A stretch of 64,000 nucleotides of DNA from Myxococcota bacterium. Lineage in GTDB: Bacteria; Myxococcota_A; UBA9160; JAFDDA01. Shown piece by piece: positions 17,794-27,847 of the stretch. Location of the stretch: contig OZ245817.1 in the NCBI GenBank assembly GCA_965228475.1, positions 3,328,001-3,392,000 on the forward strand. The letters run 5' to 3'. Below the pieces are notes generated by a model. It did not search any database, was not told where the DNA came from, and was given only the letters and a program-made list of their open reading frames with translations. The stretch's first letter is position 1. Each line of letters begins with the position of its first letter. A program made the translations under genes and the position numbers.

Positions 17794-19137
17794 ATGCCCG
17801 CCACCGACGCCGCCCTCCCCTTCAGCGAGATCCCCCGCGCCCCGCTCTCGCGGATCCTCCAGACCCTGGTCAAGCCCAAGGCCCAGCGCTACGCGATGCG
17901 CGAAATGACGGCGGACTTCTACCGCGACTTCGGGCCGGTGGTGATCCAGGGCCGCGGCCGCTTCAGCACCGTCAACCTGTTCGGCCCGGACGCGAACCGC
18001 TTCGTCCTGCTCGACCGCGACCGGATCTTCTCCGCCCGCAAGCCGTGGATGCTGATCATGGGCGAGATCTTCCCGAACGGGCTCCTGCTCCGGGACGGCG
18101 TCGAGCACCTCCACCACCGGAAGATCATGCTCGAGGCGTTCAAGCGCCCGATCCTGCGCGACTACGCGGACCGCATGAACCCGGCCATCGAGGCCGGCCT
18201 CGAGAACTGGGGCAAGGAATCGTCCTCGATCAAGGCCTTCGATTCCTTCAAGGCGCTCACCCTCGACATGGCCATGACGATCTTCGTCGGCGTCGATCTC
18301 GGCCCGGATGCGGACAAGACGAACCGCGCCTTCGAAGCCATGGTCGCCGCGTCCATGCCGGGTTTCCGGCACAAGCTCCCCTTCGGCCGGTACTACGAGG
18401 GCCTGCAGGGCCGGAGCTCGATGCTCTCCTTCCTCGAGAGCCTGCTCCCGAAGAAGCGGACCGACCCGGGCGGCGACATCTTCAGCCGACTCGCCCATGC
18501 CCGCACCGAGGAAGGCGACACCTTCGCCGACCAGGACGTCCTCGACCACATGGTCTTCCTGATGATGGCGGCGCACGACACCACGACGAGCACGCTGACC
18601 TCGATGACCTACGAGCTCGCGAAGCATCCCGAGTGGCAGGACCGGCTGCGCGAAGAGAGCCTCGCGTTCGGCGACACGCCGCCCGGCTTCGAAGACCTCG
18701 ACGGGCTCGAAGCCATGACCTGGGCCATGCGGGAGACGCTTCGCCTCTACCCGCCGCTGCCCGTCATTCCGCGCGTCGCGAACGAGGACTTCGAGTGGCA
18801 GGGGTACCGAATTCCGGCGGGCACGATGGTCGTCGTGGCGCCGATCCACACCCACTACATGCCCGAGTGGTGGACCGGCCCGACCCGCTTCGACCCGGAA
18901 CGCTTCGCCCCGGCCCGGGCCGAGGACAAACGCCACAGCCACTCCTGGATTCCCTTCGGCGGCGGCCCCCACATGTGCCTCGGGCGCCGGTTCGGAGAGG
19001 CCCAGGTCCGGCTGATCCTCCACCAGATGCTGCGGCGGTTCCGCTGGAGCGTGCCCGAGGGCTACGAGATGCCGGTCCAGCAGGCGCCGATCTCGAAGCC
19101 GGTCGACGGCCTTCCGATCCAGATCGAGCGGCTCTAG
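17794..19137 (+). CDS. Cytochrome P450
   Basis: AAHDTT I-helix, ETLR, FDPERF, PFGGGPHMCLG heme motif. Confidence 0.96.
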   Translation: MPATDAALPFSEIPRAPLSRILQTLVKPKAQRYAMREMTADFYRDFGPVVIQGRGRFSTVNLFGPDANRFVLLDRDRIFSARKPWMLIMGEIFPNGLLLRDGVEHLHHRKIMLEAFKRPILRDYADRMNPAIEAGLENWGKESSSIKAFDSFKALTLDMAMTIFVGVDLGPDADKTNRAFEAMVAASMPGFRHKLPFGRYYEGLQGRSSMLSFLESLLPKKRTDPGGDIFSRLAHARTEEGDTFADQDVLDHMVFLMMAAHDTTTSTLTSMTYELAKHPEWQDRLREESLAFGDTPPGFEDLDGLEAMTWAMRETLRLYPPLPVIPRVANEDFEWQGYRIPAGTMVVVAPIHTHYMPEWWTGPTRFDPERFAPARAEDKRHSHSWIPFGGGPHMCLGRRFGEAQVRLILHQMLRRFRWSVPEGYEMPVQQAPISKPVDGLPIQIERL

Positions 19138-19142
19138 CGCCG

Positions 19143-19179
19143 AAACGAGAAACGGCGGCGCCCCGAAGGACGCCGCCGT
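19143..19179 (-). terminator. Rho-independent terminator, possibly bidirectional
   Basis: ACGGCGGCG...CGCCGCCGT stem followed on the minus strand by TTCTCGTTT; lies between convergent genes. Confidence 0.6.
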
Positions 19180-19216
19180 GTGGCGTGAACTGAAGCCGGC
19201 GAGCCGGCTGGCCCGG

Positions 19217-19792
19217 CTAGCGCCAGGCGTAGTGGTCGTAGCGGTGACCGTGGTCGTAGCCGCGATCGTGCCGCGCCAGGCGAGCGAGCCGGGCATCCAC
19301 GCGCCGGTCGATCTTGGCGATCAGCCGATCCGTGCGGCGCAGGTCCTTGCGGAGCGCCTTGCTGCGCGGCAGGTCGCGAGCGCGCTCGCGCACGGTCTCG
19401 AACCGCTTCACCACCCAGGCCAGGTCCCGCGTGAACCCGCGGTCGAGGCGGCGGTGTCGCGCCTCACGAGCGAGCTCGTCGGCGGAGCGCTCGAGCCGGC
19501 GCAGCGCGCGCAGGGCCCGCGCCTCGTAGCGATCGTCCGGGAGGCCCGTGGCGTACTCGGCTTCGCGAACCATGCGGTCCGTCGTTCGCTCGAGCTGAAA
19601 GACGAGCTCGCGCACGCTGCGCCGGTCGCGATCCTTCCGGTCGTAGCGGTCGTAGCGATCGTCATGGCGGTCGTAGCGGTCCTCACCGTGGCGATGCGAT
19701 CGGCCGTCGCGGTCGTGGCGCGCCTCGGCGGCCGGGGCCACCACGAAGGTGAAGAGTCCCAAAAGCATGGCCAACGTGGTCTTCGTCCTCAT
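19217..19792 (-). CDS. Secreted Arg/Asp/His/Tyr-rich protein, hypothetical
   Basis: GGGAG SD; signal peptide ending AEA; DRY/DRH low-complexity repeats, then helical region. Confidence 0.75.
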   Translation of the reverse strand: MRTKTTLAMLLGLFTFVVAPAAEARHDRDGRSHRHGEDRYDRHDDRYDRYDRKDRDRRSVRELVFQLERTTDRMVREAEYATGLPDDRYEARALRALRRLERSADELAREARHRRLDRGFTRDLAWVVKRFETVRERARDLPRSKALRKDLRRTDRLIAKIDRRVDARLARLARHDRGYDHGHRYDHYAWR

Positions 19793-19872
19793 TGCGTTCT
19801 CCCGTTCCCGGAATTCCGGGGTTCTGGGAGGTCAGACGAAGCGGGCCGGGAGTTATTCGATCGGCCGGAAAC

Positions 19873-20886
19873 TCACGCCAGGACGGCGCAAATGGCGTCG
19901 GCGAACTCCTGGGTGTTGGCCGATCCGCCGGCATCGCGCGTTCGAACGCGCCCTTGATCGAATATTTCTTGAAGTGCGCCCCGCACGCGCGCTGCCGCGG
20001 CGGCCTCTCCAAGGTGGTCCAGCATCAGCGCACCGGCGAGGATCAGCGCGGTCGGGTTCGCGATGCCCTGCCCCGCGATGTCCGGCGCGGCGCCGTGCAC
20101 GGCCTCGAAGATCGCCACGTCTTCGCCCACGTTGGCCGCGGGAGCGAAGCCGAGGCCCCCGACGAGACCCGCGATCTCGTCGCTCAGGATGTCGCCGAAC
20201 ATGTTCTCCATCACGAGCACGTCGAACTTTCCCGGATCGAGCACGAGCTGCATCGCGGTCGCGTCGATGATGCGGTCCTCGAATTCGATCTCCCCGGCGT
20301 ACGCCTCCGCGATCTCGCGCCCGACGTCGAGCAGCAGGCCCTGGGTGACCTTCAGGATGTTCGCCTTGTGGACCAGCGTGACCTTCCGGCGCCCGTTGCG
20401 CTTCGCGTACTCGAAGGCGTAGCGGACGATGCGCTCGGCCCCGTAGCGCGTCACGACCATCACGGACTCCGCGGCCGCCTTGCGATCGCCGCCGACGCCG
20501 ATGTAGTGCTCGACGCCGACGTAGAGGCCCTCGGTGTTCTCGCGCACGAGGACGAGGTCGACGTCCTCGTAGCGGCCCGGAACGATCGTGCGCGCCGGGC
20601 GGACGTTCGCGTAGAGGTCGAATTCCTGGCGAAGGGCCACGTTCACCGAGCGGAAGCCCGCGCCCGAGGGCGTCGTCAACGGCCCCTTCAGCGCGACGCC
20701 GGTGCGCCGGATCGAGTCGAGCACCGCCGCCGGGAGCGGCTCCCCGACGCTTTCGAGCGCCGTGACGCCCGCGACCTGCTCGTCGATCTCGAACTCGACG
20801 CCGGCGGCTTCGAGCACGCGCAGCGTCGCGCGCGTGACCTCGGGGCCGATGCCGTCGCCGGGGATGCAGGTGATGGGATGAGCCAC
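19873..20886 (-). CDS. Isocitrate/isopropylmalate dehydrogenase family protein (NAD-IDH-like)
   Basis: IPGDGIGPEV, SVNVALRQ, RENTEGLY, HKANILK, NMFGDILSD, EAVHGAAPDIAG. Confidence 0.92.
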   Translation of the reverse strand: MAHPITCIPGDGIGPEVTRATLRVLEAAGVEFEIDEQVAGVTALESVGEPLPAAVLDSIRRTGVALKGPLTTPSGAGFRSVNVALRQEFDLYANVRPARTIVPGRYEDVDLVLVRENTEGLYVGVEHYIGVGGDRKAAAESVMVVTRYGAERIVRYAFEYAKRNGRRKVTLVHKANILKVTQGLLLDVGREIAEAYAGEIEFEDRIIDATAMQLVLDPGKFDVLVMENMFGDILSDEIAGLVGGLGFAPAANVGEDVAIFEAVHGAAPDIAGQGIANPTALILAGALMLDHLGEAAAAARVRGALQEIFDQGRVRTRDAGGSANTQEFADAICAVLA

Positions 20887-20899
20887 GCGTTCCCCCGCC

Positions 20900-23833
20900 C
20901 TAGAAGAAGAGGCGAAGCTTGGCGCCGAAGGAGTGGTAGAGCCCGCCGTCGCCCCAGTGCCCGTCGTAGCCGATCGACATGCCCCCGCCCGAGCCGTGGG
21001 GCTGGAAGAGAAGATGGACGCCGACGTCGAGCCCCTGCTCGGTGTCCTGGGCGTCGATGGTGAAGTCGCCGGTGCGCGCGGCGGCGCCGCGGAAGCGCGA
21101 CTCGAGCTCCCGATCCGCCCCGGTCCAGATGCTCCGCCACTTCACGGTCAGCTCCGGCGTCCAGGTGCCGTGAGCGAAGCCCGGCCCCCGGTCCGAGAAC
21201 GGATTCTGGAAGTGGCGATAGAAGAACCGCCCGCCGAAGGAAGTGGCGACCAGCGTGTTCTCGCGCTCGGCGATGCGCAGGTCGAGGGAGCTCGCCCCCG
21301 ACTCGCTGATGTCGTCTTCCTGGATCCACGTCACGTCGAAGGCCGCGACGGGCTCGAGGTGGAAGTTTCCGAACGCCTGAACCCAGGACAGCTCGAACAG
21401 CGCGAGGATCCGGTTGCTGTTGAAGTCGCCCTCGGCGAAGAGGGCGTCGCCGAACTGGCCCTGCGGGTTGATGCCGAAGAAGTCGATCTGGCGGTCGTGC
21501 TTGTGGTCGCCGCGGCCGTAGCCGAAGGCGGCTTTCGCGCGCGCCCCGGCGTAGCGGAACGTCCCGGCCATGCCGATCTCGAAGGTGTCGAGGTCGCCTT
21601 CGCCGCCCTTGTTGACGTGGATGTCGGTCGAGGTGATGCCGCCGAACATCGAGACCAGCCAGTTGCGCGTGACCCGCCAGTCGACGCCGCCCATGATCCC
21701 CTGCTCGCGGAAGCGGGAGACGCGGAAGTCGCTTCCGCTGTCGCGCTTGCCGAAACCGGTGAGGGCGCGCATCCAGGCCGACCAGCCGCGCGGTCCGCAG
21801 GGGACGTCGCCGCGCTGGGCGGGCCGCAGGCCGTAGAGAGAGGGCTTGCACCACGGGCGCTCTTCGATCGCGGTCTCGGCGATCATCCGCCCGATCCGCG
21901 CCGTCTGCCCGGTGTGCGCGTCGTAGGCCTCGGGATGGAAGGCGTCGAGGAGCACCGGGAACTGCGACGCCTCGAAGTCGTCCAGAGCGAGCAGGACCGA
22001 GTTCAGGCTCGCGCTGAACTCCCGGGATGCGAGCACCCGATCGAGGTAGCGCCCGACGGCCCGCTGGTTGTCGGTCTCCCCGACCGAGGCGTAGCTGTTG
22101 CGGCGGATGCGGAGGATCACGTCGTTCGCCGTCTGATCCACGATGAACCGCAGGAGCGCCGTGTCCTGGGGCGTGTTGACGAAGGCGCCGGCCAGGCCCG
22201 CATCGGAGTGGACCACGGTGAAGTCGGCATCGCGCAGCGGGGTGAGCGGGGCGATGCCGAGCGTCCCGTTCAGGTTGGCCGCGCCCGCGAAGCTGAACTG
22301 GCCCGCGGTTCCATTGAGCGGATCGATCAGCGTGGTGAGCCCCGTCCCGGGCGCCATCGTGAAGGCGCCCCCGTTGAGTCGGACGGTGGTGTCCGTCTGG
22401 AGGGTGCCGGCGTTCAGGCTGATCGCGTTGGTGAAGGTCGCCGTGCCGTCCAGGTCCCAGACGCCGGCGCCGGCCGTTCCCGAAGGCGGCATGTCCGGAT
22501 CGGCGTTGATCTCCAGGGTCTCGAAGCCGGTCACCGCGGTCTGGTTGAAGTCAAGCCGGCCGCCGCCGTTGCCCTGGAGCAGGAAGCGGTCGCCCGCGCC
22601 GCCGCCGTCGGCGCCACCCTCGATGTCGCCGTCGATGAGGCTCCCGCTGGTTCGGAGGTCGAAGACGTCGTCCCCGGCTCCCAGGTCCACGTCACCGAAG
22701 AGCGAGCCGCGGTTCTCGATCGTGTCGGCGCCGCCACCGCCGAGGATCGCGGTACCGGGAACCGCGGTGTTCGAAGCGTCGAAGCCGTCGACGCCGAAGA
22801 GATCGCCGCGGTTGATGAGGTTGTTCGTGCCGCCCGCGGTGAAATCGATCGCCGCTCCGGGAGTCCCACCCCCGCCGGTCAGCTGGTCCGTGCGAATCGT
22901 CCCGTCGTTGACGATGGTGGTATTCGGCCCGGCCACGATCGCCCGGGCGCCCTGCCCTGCCGCCGAGATGCTCCCGTTGTTGACGATTTCGGCGGTCGTC
23001 GGGTCCGCGTCCCCGCCCCCGGTCCGGATGGCGATCGCGTTCGGGCTCGCATCCGGGCCGGTCACGCGTACCGAGTTGTCGTTTTGGATGATGTTGTTGG
23101 CGCCGGCGTCGATGCCGATCGTCGTGGCGCCCGCGTTCGCCGCATCGAGGCCGATCGTTCCGGTGTTGAGAACGTCGACGGTCATCGGATCGCCGTCGCC
23201 GGCCCCGACCCGGATGCCGGTCACGCCGTCGGCGCCGCCCCCGGTGGGCGTACGGATGATGCCCGCGTTGGTGACCTGCGCACTCGCGCCGCCCTCGATG
23301 CCGGTGCTGTTGTCCCCGGAGAGTTCGATCACCCCGCCGTTCACGATCGTGTTGGACGCGGTCTCGGCGATGCCCCTCCCGTTGCCCGTGACGTTGATCG
23401 TGCCGTTGTTCTGGACGTCGACGGTGTCGCGGTCCGCATCGCCGGTCCCGACCTGGATGCCGTCCCCGGCGCCGTCGACCGTGATCGTGCCGTTGTTGAC
23501 GATCGTGTTGCCGTCGTTGGCGGCGATGCCGTCCCCACCCGCGCCCGTGGTATCGATCGTCCCGCCGGTGTCGACGGTGATCACGTTGTTGTCCCGGACG
23601 TCGATCCCCACCGGGCTCAGCGTCGCGTCCGAGTTCACCGTGATGGTCTGGCCGTCCTCGACGCCGGTGCCGAAGCCCCCCGTCCCAGGCGGTGCGCAGG
23701 TGATGACGTTCGGGGCCGTGACGGCGCAGTCCGCCCGGGCCTCTCCCGGATCGAGCGCGAAGGCCCCCACGGCGAGGAGGGCCGACACGAGCAGGCGGCG
23801 GGCGAGGGTGTGGGAGGGCGCGGGGGGCGGCAT
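20900..23833 (-). CDS. Autotransporter (type Va) outer membrane protein
   Basis: AGGAG SD; signal peptide; Gly/Asn/Thr-rich beta-helix repeats (I-x-NNGTI); linker helix TDNQRAVG; C-terminal beta-barrel ending LRLFF. Confidence 0.88.
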   Translation of the reverse strand: MPPPAPSHTLARRLLVSALLAVGAFALDPGEARADCAVTAPNVITCAPPGTGGFGTGVEDGQTITVNSDATLSPVGIDVRDNNVITVDTGGTIDTTGAGGDGIAANDGNTIVNNGTITVDGAGDGIQVGTGDADRDTVDVQNNGTINVTGNGRGIAETASNTIVNGGVIELSGDNSTGIEGGASAQVTNAGIIRTPTGGGADGVTGIRVGAGDGDPMTVDVLNTGTIGLDAANAGATTIGIDAGANNIIQNDNSVRVTGPDASPNAIAIRTGGGDADPTTAEIVNNGSISAAGQGARAIVAGPNTTIVNDGTIRTDQLTGGGGTPGAAIDFTAGGTNNLINRGDLFGVDGFDASNTAVPGTAILGGGGADTIENRGSLFGDVDLGAGDDVFDLRTSGSLIDGDIEGGADGGGAGDRFLLQGNGGGRLDFNQTAVTGFETLEINADPDMPPSGTAGAGVWDLDGTATFTNAISLNAGTLQTDTTVRLNGGAFTMAPGTGLTTLIDPLNGTAGQFSFAGAANLNGTLGIAPLTPLRDADFTVVHSDAGLAGAFVNTPQDTALLRFIVDQTANDVILRIRRNSYASVGETDNQRAVGRYLDRVLASREFSASLNSVLLALDDFEASQFPVLLDAFHPEAYDAHTGQTARIGRMIAETAIEERPWCKPSLYGLRPAQRGDVPCGPRGWSAWMRALTGFGKRDSGSDFRVSRFREQGIMGGVDWRVTRNWLVSMFGGITSTDIHVNKGGEGDLDTFEIGMAGTFRYAGARAKAAFGYGRGDHKHDRQIDFFGINPQGQFGDALFAEGDFNSNRILALFELSWVQAFGNFHLEPVAAFDVTWIQEDDISESGASSLDLRIAERENTLVATSFGGRFFYRHFQNPFSDRGPGFAHGTWTPELTVKWRSIWTGADRELESRFRGAAARTGDFTIDAQDTEQGLDVGVHLLFQPHGSGGGMSIGYDGHWGDGGLYHSFGAKLRLFF

Positions 23834-23979
23834 CGGGACTCCTGGGACGGCGAGCGGCCGAGTATGGCGGATCGGGCCCGGCCCGGCTCGATCGATTTCG
23901 GCCCACGCTTCCAACCCTTGGACACCCGAGCTGCCGCCCGGAGTTCCGGCTTCCTGCGCGCCGCGGCGGGGGCGCGGGC

Positions 23980-25539
23980 CTATTCGTCGAGGTAGCCGAG
24001 CGCCTTCAGCCGCTCGCGCATGGCCGGGTCGAGCTCGGTCTTCTCGGCCTCGCCCCGCGGGCCCTGGGCATGGGCCTCGGAGCGCTCTACGAGGCGCTGG
24101 TAGGCGGCCCGGGCCTCCGGGGAGGCACCGCGCTGGAGGAGGTCCGTCTGCTCGCCCGGGTCGCGCTCGAGGTCGTAGAGGGAGCGGCCCGTGCCCCGGC
24201 CCGGCCGGTTCAGCCGGCCGTCGGGCTCCTCGACCAGCTTGAAGCGGGCCTCGCGGTGCGACTGGTTCCGGGGCTTCCCGATCACGCCCTCGGTCACCAC
24301 GGAGCGGTGCGGGTCCGCGAAGGCGCCCGAGAAGAACGAGACGCCCTGGTCCTGCTCCGTGAGGCACGAGACGCCCAGGTAGTCGCAGAGGCTTCGCCGC
24401 AGATCCACCAGCGCGGCCGGGCAGGAGTTCACCGCGGGCGCAATCCCCGGGAGCCGGGCCAGGAGCGGCACACCCGTCTCGCCCGAAAACAGGCCGTGGC
24501 CGTGGCCGAGCCAGCCGTGCTCGTGGAGCGCCTCGCCGTGGTCGGAGGTCACGACGATCGCCGTCTCCTCGGCCCCGGGCTGGCCGGCGAAGCCGTCGAG
24601 GAAGCCGCCGAAGGCCCGGTCGAAGTGGGCGACGCCCTCGTCGTAGACGAGCTCCATCAGCGCGAGGTTGGCCGGGAGGCCCTGCTCGACGAGCGGGCGG
24701 CGGCGTTCGTCGAGGGCGAGCTTCGCGATCTGCTGCTGGGAGGCCGGCGAGACGGGGCGGTCGTCCGCTTCGATGTCGGCCCACCGCGCCTCGAGGGACG
24801 CGCGCGGCACGCCGTGGAAGGGCGAGTGCGCATCCATGTAGTGGAGGTAGAGGAAGTAGGGACGGCTCGCGTCCGGGCGGGAGCGCAGCCAGTCGAGCCC
24901 CGCGCGGGTGACCTTCTCGCCCGGGGTCGTGTTGTCGGCGAAGGCGTCCTCGTAGGTCTGGAAGCCCTGGGCGAAGCCGAGCTCGCGCTTCAGCCACGGG
25001 TTGCTGACGAAGGCGGCGGTCTCGTAGCCGGCCGCGGAGAGCGCTTCGGCCAGGGTCGTGTGGCTCGCCGCCAGCACGTCGGATTCGACGACGCGCTCGC
25101 CGCCCGCGGCCCGGGCGGCCCGGCCGCGCAGCTCCGGGTGCGAAATCACGCCGTGGGCCGAGGGGACGAGGCCCGTGAAGAGGCTCGCGATCGAAGGCTT
25201 CGTCCAGGGCGCCTGGCTCTCGGCCGCGGTGAAGACGATCGCCTCGCGAGCGAAGGCGTCGAGCCGGGGCGTCGTGGCGGGCCCGCCATAGGGCGCGAGG
25301 CGATCGCGCCGCGTCGTATCCGTCAGGATGAGGACGAGGTTGCGGCGCGACTCGCCGGAGGGAGGCGGAAGCGGCTCGCAGCGGGCCGCCGGGAGCGGCG
25401 GCAGCGGCTCGGGCGGCGGCTCGGGGGCGCAGCCCGAAGCGCTCCCGACGAGAGCCGCCAACACGATCGCGAGCGCGAGCCGCGATGCATCGCCGCGCCG
25501 GCCCGTCCCGCCTCTGCTGCTTCGTCGCCCGCTGCCCAC
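23980..25539 (-). CDS. Sulfatase/alkaline-phosphatase superfamily lipoprotein
   Basis: ASGC lipobox; LILTDTTRRD, APWTKPSIASLFTG, HYMDAHSP, SDHGE, LYDLERDPGE, LKALGY; start uncertain. Confidence 0.85.
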   Translation of the reverse strand: MGSGRRSSRGGTGRRGDASRLALAIVLAALVGSASGCAPEPPPEPLPPLPAARCEPLPPPSGESRRNLVLILTDTTRRDRLAPYGGPATTPRLDAFAREAIVFTAAESQAPWTKPSIASLFTGLVPSAHGVISHPELRGRAARAAGGERVVESDVLAASHTTLAEALSAAGYETAAFVSNPWLKRELGFAQGFQTYEDAFADNTTPGEKVTRAGLDWLRSRPDASRPYFLYLHYMDAHSPFHGVPRASLEARWADIEADDRPVSPASQQQIAKLALDERRRPLVEQGLPANLALMELVYDEGVAHFDRAFGGFLDGFAGQPGAEETAIVVTSDHGEALHEHGWLGHGHGLFSGETGVPLLARLPGIAPAVNSCPAALVDLRRSLCDYLGVSCLTEQDQGVSFFSGAFADPHRSVVTEGVIGKPRNQSHREARFKLVEEPDGRLNRPGRGTGRSLYDLERDPGEQTDLLQRGASPEARAAYQRLVERSEAHAQGPRGEAEKTELDPAMRERLKALGYLDE

Positions 25540-25781
25540 GGGCGCGGAGCATGGCAGATCGGGAAGCGCCCGGCTCAAGCTTTCGGACGGCGCACCCGAG
25601 AACCCCCAAGGCGAAGGACCCGGCCGGCCGGCGCGCCGAAGCCTTCCTTGGAAGCGCATGCGCATCGGGGGTTCGGCAACCGGCAGGAGCCGCGCACGTC
25701 GCTGCCCGATGCTGGCGTCGCTGCCCGGCGCCCGTGGGCCGATTGCAACACCACGGACAACGTGGGACACTTCCGGGTTCG

Positions 25782-27818
25782 ATGAAGCCGCGCGTCTACC
25801 TCGCAGATCTCCGCCACAACTACACCGGCGTGCTGTCCAACGACTGCATGCCCCTCGGCGTCGCCTACATGAAGGCGGTGCTCGACCGCGACGTGCCGGA
25901 GGTCGACTCGCGCCTCTTCGCCTATCCGGACCACCTCTGGCAGGTACTCCAGGACGAGCCGCCCGACGTCCTCATGCTCAGCAACTACATGTGGAACGAG
26001 TGGCTGAGCTTCAAGTTCGCGGAGCTCGCCAAGCGCGTGAACCCCGAAACGCTCGTCGTGATGGGCGGCCCGAACATCTCGATCGAGCCCGAGCGGCAGA
26101 TCGCCTACTTCGACGCGCACCCCGAAATCGACGTCTACGCCCTCGGCGAGGGCGACTTCCTCGCGCGCGACCTCGTGAAGATCTACCTCGAGGCGGGGTC
26201 GCTTGCGGCCTTCCGCGAGCGCGAGCTGCCCTCGGCGCTCTACCGCGATGGCGACGGCAACACCGTGCGCCAGGAGAGCTGGGAGCGGCACAAGGAGGTG
26301 GAGGAGATCCCCTCCCCCTGGCTCACCGGCGTCCTCGACGAGTTCTTCGACGGCAAGCTCGCCCCGCTCCTCGAGACCAACCGCGGCTGCCCCTTCACCT
26401 GCACGTTCTGCGTCCAGGGCACGCGCTGGTACACGAAGGTGCACTACTTCGCGAAGGAACGGATCGAGGAAGAGATCCGCTACATCGCCAAGCGCATCCA
26501 CGAGGTCTGCCCGAGCATGGGCTTCCTCCGCGTGGCCGACCCGAACTACGGCATGTTCGAGCGCGACGCGGAGATCTCGGGCTGGATCGGCGAGGCCCAG
26601 GCCCAGTACGGCTGGCCGACCTTCATCGACGCGACCACCGGCAAGAACCGCCCGGACCGCGTGATCAAATCTCTCGAGAAGACCGGCGGCGCCCTGGTGC
26701 TCTACCAGGCCGTCCAGTCCCTCGACGACCGCACGCTGAAGAACATCAAGCGCTCGAACATCAGCAAGGAAGCCTACGACCAGATCATGATCCACGTGCG
26801 CGGGCGCGGCCTGCGCTCGCTCTCGGACCTGATCCTCGGCCTCCCCGGCGAGACCCTCGAGAGCCACCTGAAGGGCATCGAGACGCTGATCGACTCCGGC
26901 ACCCACGAGCTGCATCTCTTCCAGGCGATGATGCTCAAGGGCTCGGAGCTCGAGATGCAGAAGTCGCGCGACGAGAACCGCATGCAGACGCGCTTCCGCG
27001 TCCTGCCGAAGAACTTCGGCATCTACGGCGGCGAGATGGTCTTCGACATGGACGAGATCGTCGTCGGCACCGAGACGCTCGGCTTCGAGGACTACATCAT
27101 CGCGCGCAAGCACGCGCTCGCCTCGACCATCTACCAGAACGATTCCTGGTTCGAGGACGCCGTCGAGCTGGTCGAACGCTTCGAACTGAACCGCTCGGAC
27201 TGGTTCTTCGCCATCGCCAACGCACTCCGTGAGGCCGACGGCGAGGTCGGGGAACTCGTGGCGGCCTTCGAGGCCGAGACGCGCGGCGAGCTCTTCGAGA
27301 CCGTCGAAGACCTGGTCGCCTTCTACAGCCAGCCCGAGAACTTCAAGAAGCTCGAAGCCGGCGAGATCGGCGACAACCTCATGTACAAGTACCGGGCGAA
27401 CGCTTCGTTCTTCGTCTGGCCGGACATCTGCCGCGTCGGCATGGCCGCCACGCGCAAGCTCCTCGAGGACCACGCCTTCGACACGCAGATGCCGGAGTTC
27501 GGCGTCTTCTGGGAAGACCTCACGCGCTTCGTCGAGGCCAAGCACGCCCACGGGACGACGCCGGACACGATCCTCGCACCGGTCGAGCTCGAGCTGCGCC
27601 ACGACCTCCCGGCCTGGGTGGCCGCCGGGCGCCCGACGGACATCGCGCGATTCCGCCTGCCCGAGCCGACGAAGTTCATCGCCGCCCTGCCCGAGGAATC
27701 CGAGCGGGAGATCCGCGGCCTGTTCGACGTCTGGACGACGAGCCTGCAGGGGCTGACCAAGGGCGTCACGCGCATCCGCTCCGACGCCCAGGTGCGCGAG
27801 TGCCGCCAGGCGGCCTAG
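25782..27818 (+). CDS. Cobalamin-binding domain radical SAM protein
   Basis: N-terminal B12-binding domain (PLGVAY, SNYMWN, VMGGPN, GEGD); ETNRGCPFTCTFC CX3CX2C; LILGLPGET. Confidence 0.9.
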   Translation: MKPRVYLADLRHNYTGVLSNDCMPLGVAYMKAVLDRDVPEVDSRLFAYPDHLWQVLQDEPPDVLMLSNYMWNEWLSFKFAELAKRVNPETLVVMGGPNISIEPERQIAYFDAHPEIDVYALGEGDFLARDLVKIYLEAGSLAAFRERELPSALYRDGDGNTVRQESWERHKEVEEIPSPWLTGVLDEFFDGKLAPLLETNRGCPFTCTFCVQGTRWYTKVHYFAKERIEEEIRYIAKRIHEVCPSMGFLRVADPNYGMFERDAEISGWIGEAQAQYGWPTFIDATTGKNRPDRVIKSLEKTGGALVLYQAVQSLDDRTLKNIKRSNISKEAYDQIMIHVRGRGLRSLSDLILGLPGETLESHLKGIETLIDSGTHELHLFQAMMLKGSELEMQKSRDENRMQTRFRVLPKNFGIYGGEMVFDMDEIVVGTETLGFEDYIIARKHALASTIYQNDSWFEDAVELVERFELNRSDWFFAIANALREADGEVGELVAAFEAETRGELFETVEDLVAFYSQPENFKKLEAGEIGDNLMYKYRANASFFVWPDICRVGMAATRKLLEDHAFDTQMPEFGVFWEDLTRFVEAKHAHGTTPDTILAPVELELRHDLPAWVAAGRPTDIARFRLPEPTKFIAALPEESEREIRGLFDVWTTSLQGLTKGVTRIRSDAQVRECRQAA

Positions 27819-27847
27819 CGCGGCTCCGGCCGCGCGGCGACGCAGCG

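Noticed and set aside
19620..19720. Short repeats (GGTCGTAGC) resembling an array
   Set aside because: They are coding DRY/DRH low-complexity repeats, with no CRISPR repeat-spacer periodicity and no cas genes.
23834..25609. N-terminal 592 aa of the 1569-aa ORF, suggesting a giant autotransporter fusion
   Set aside because: It overlaps the sulfatase-fold gene in another frame and is low-complexity. The real start is ATG 23833, with an SD and a signal peptide.
23980..27818. Radical SAM as the maturase of the adjacent sulfatase
   Set aside because: It has a B12-binding N-domain and no SPASM Cys cluster, and the neighbour lacks a modifiable Cys/Ser.
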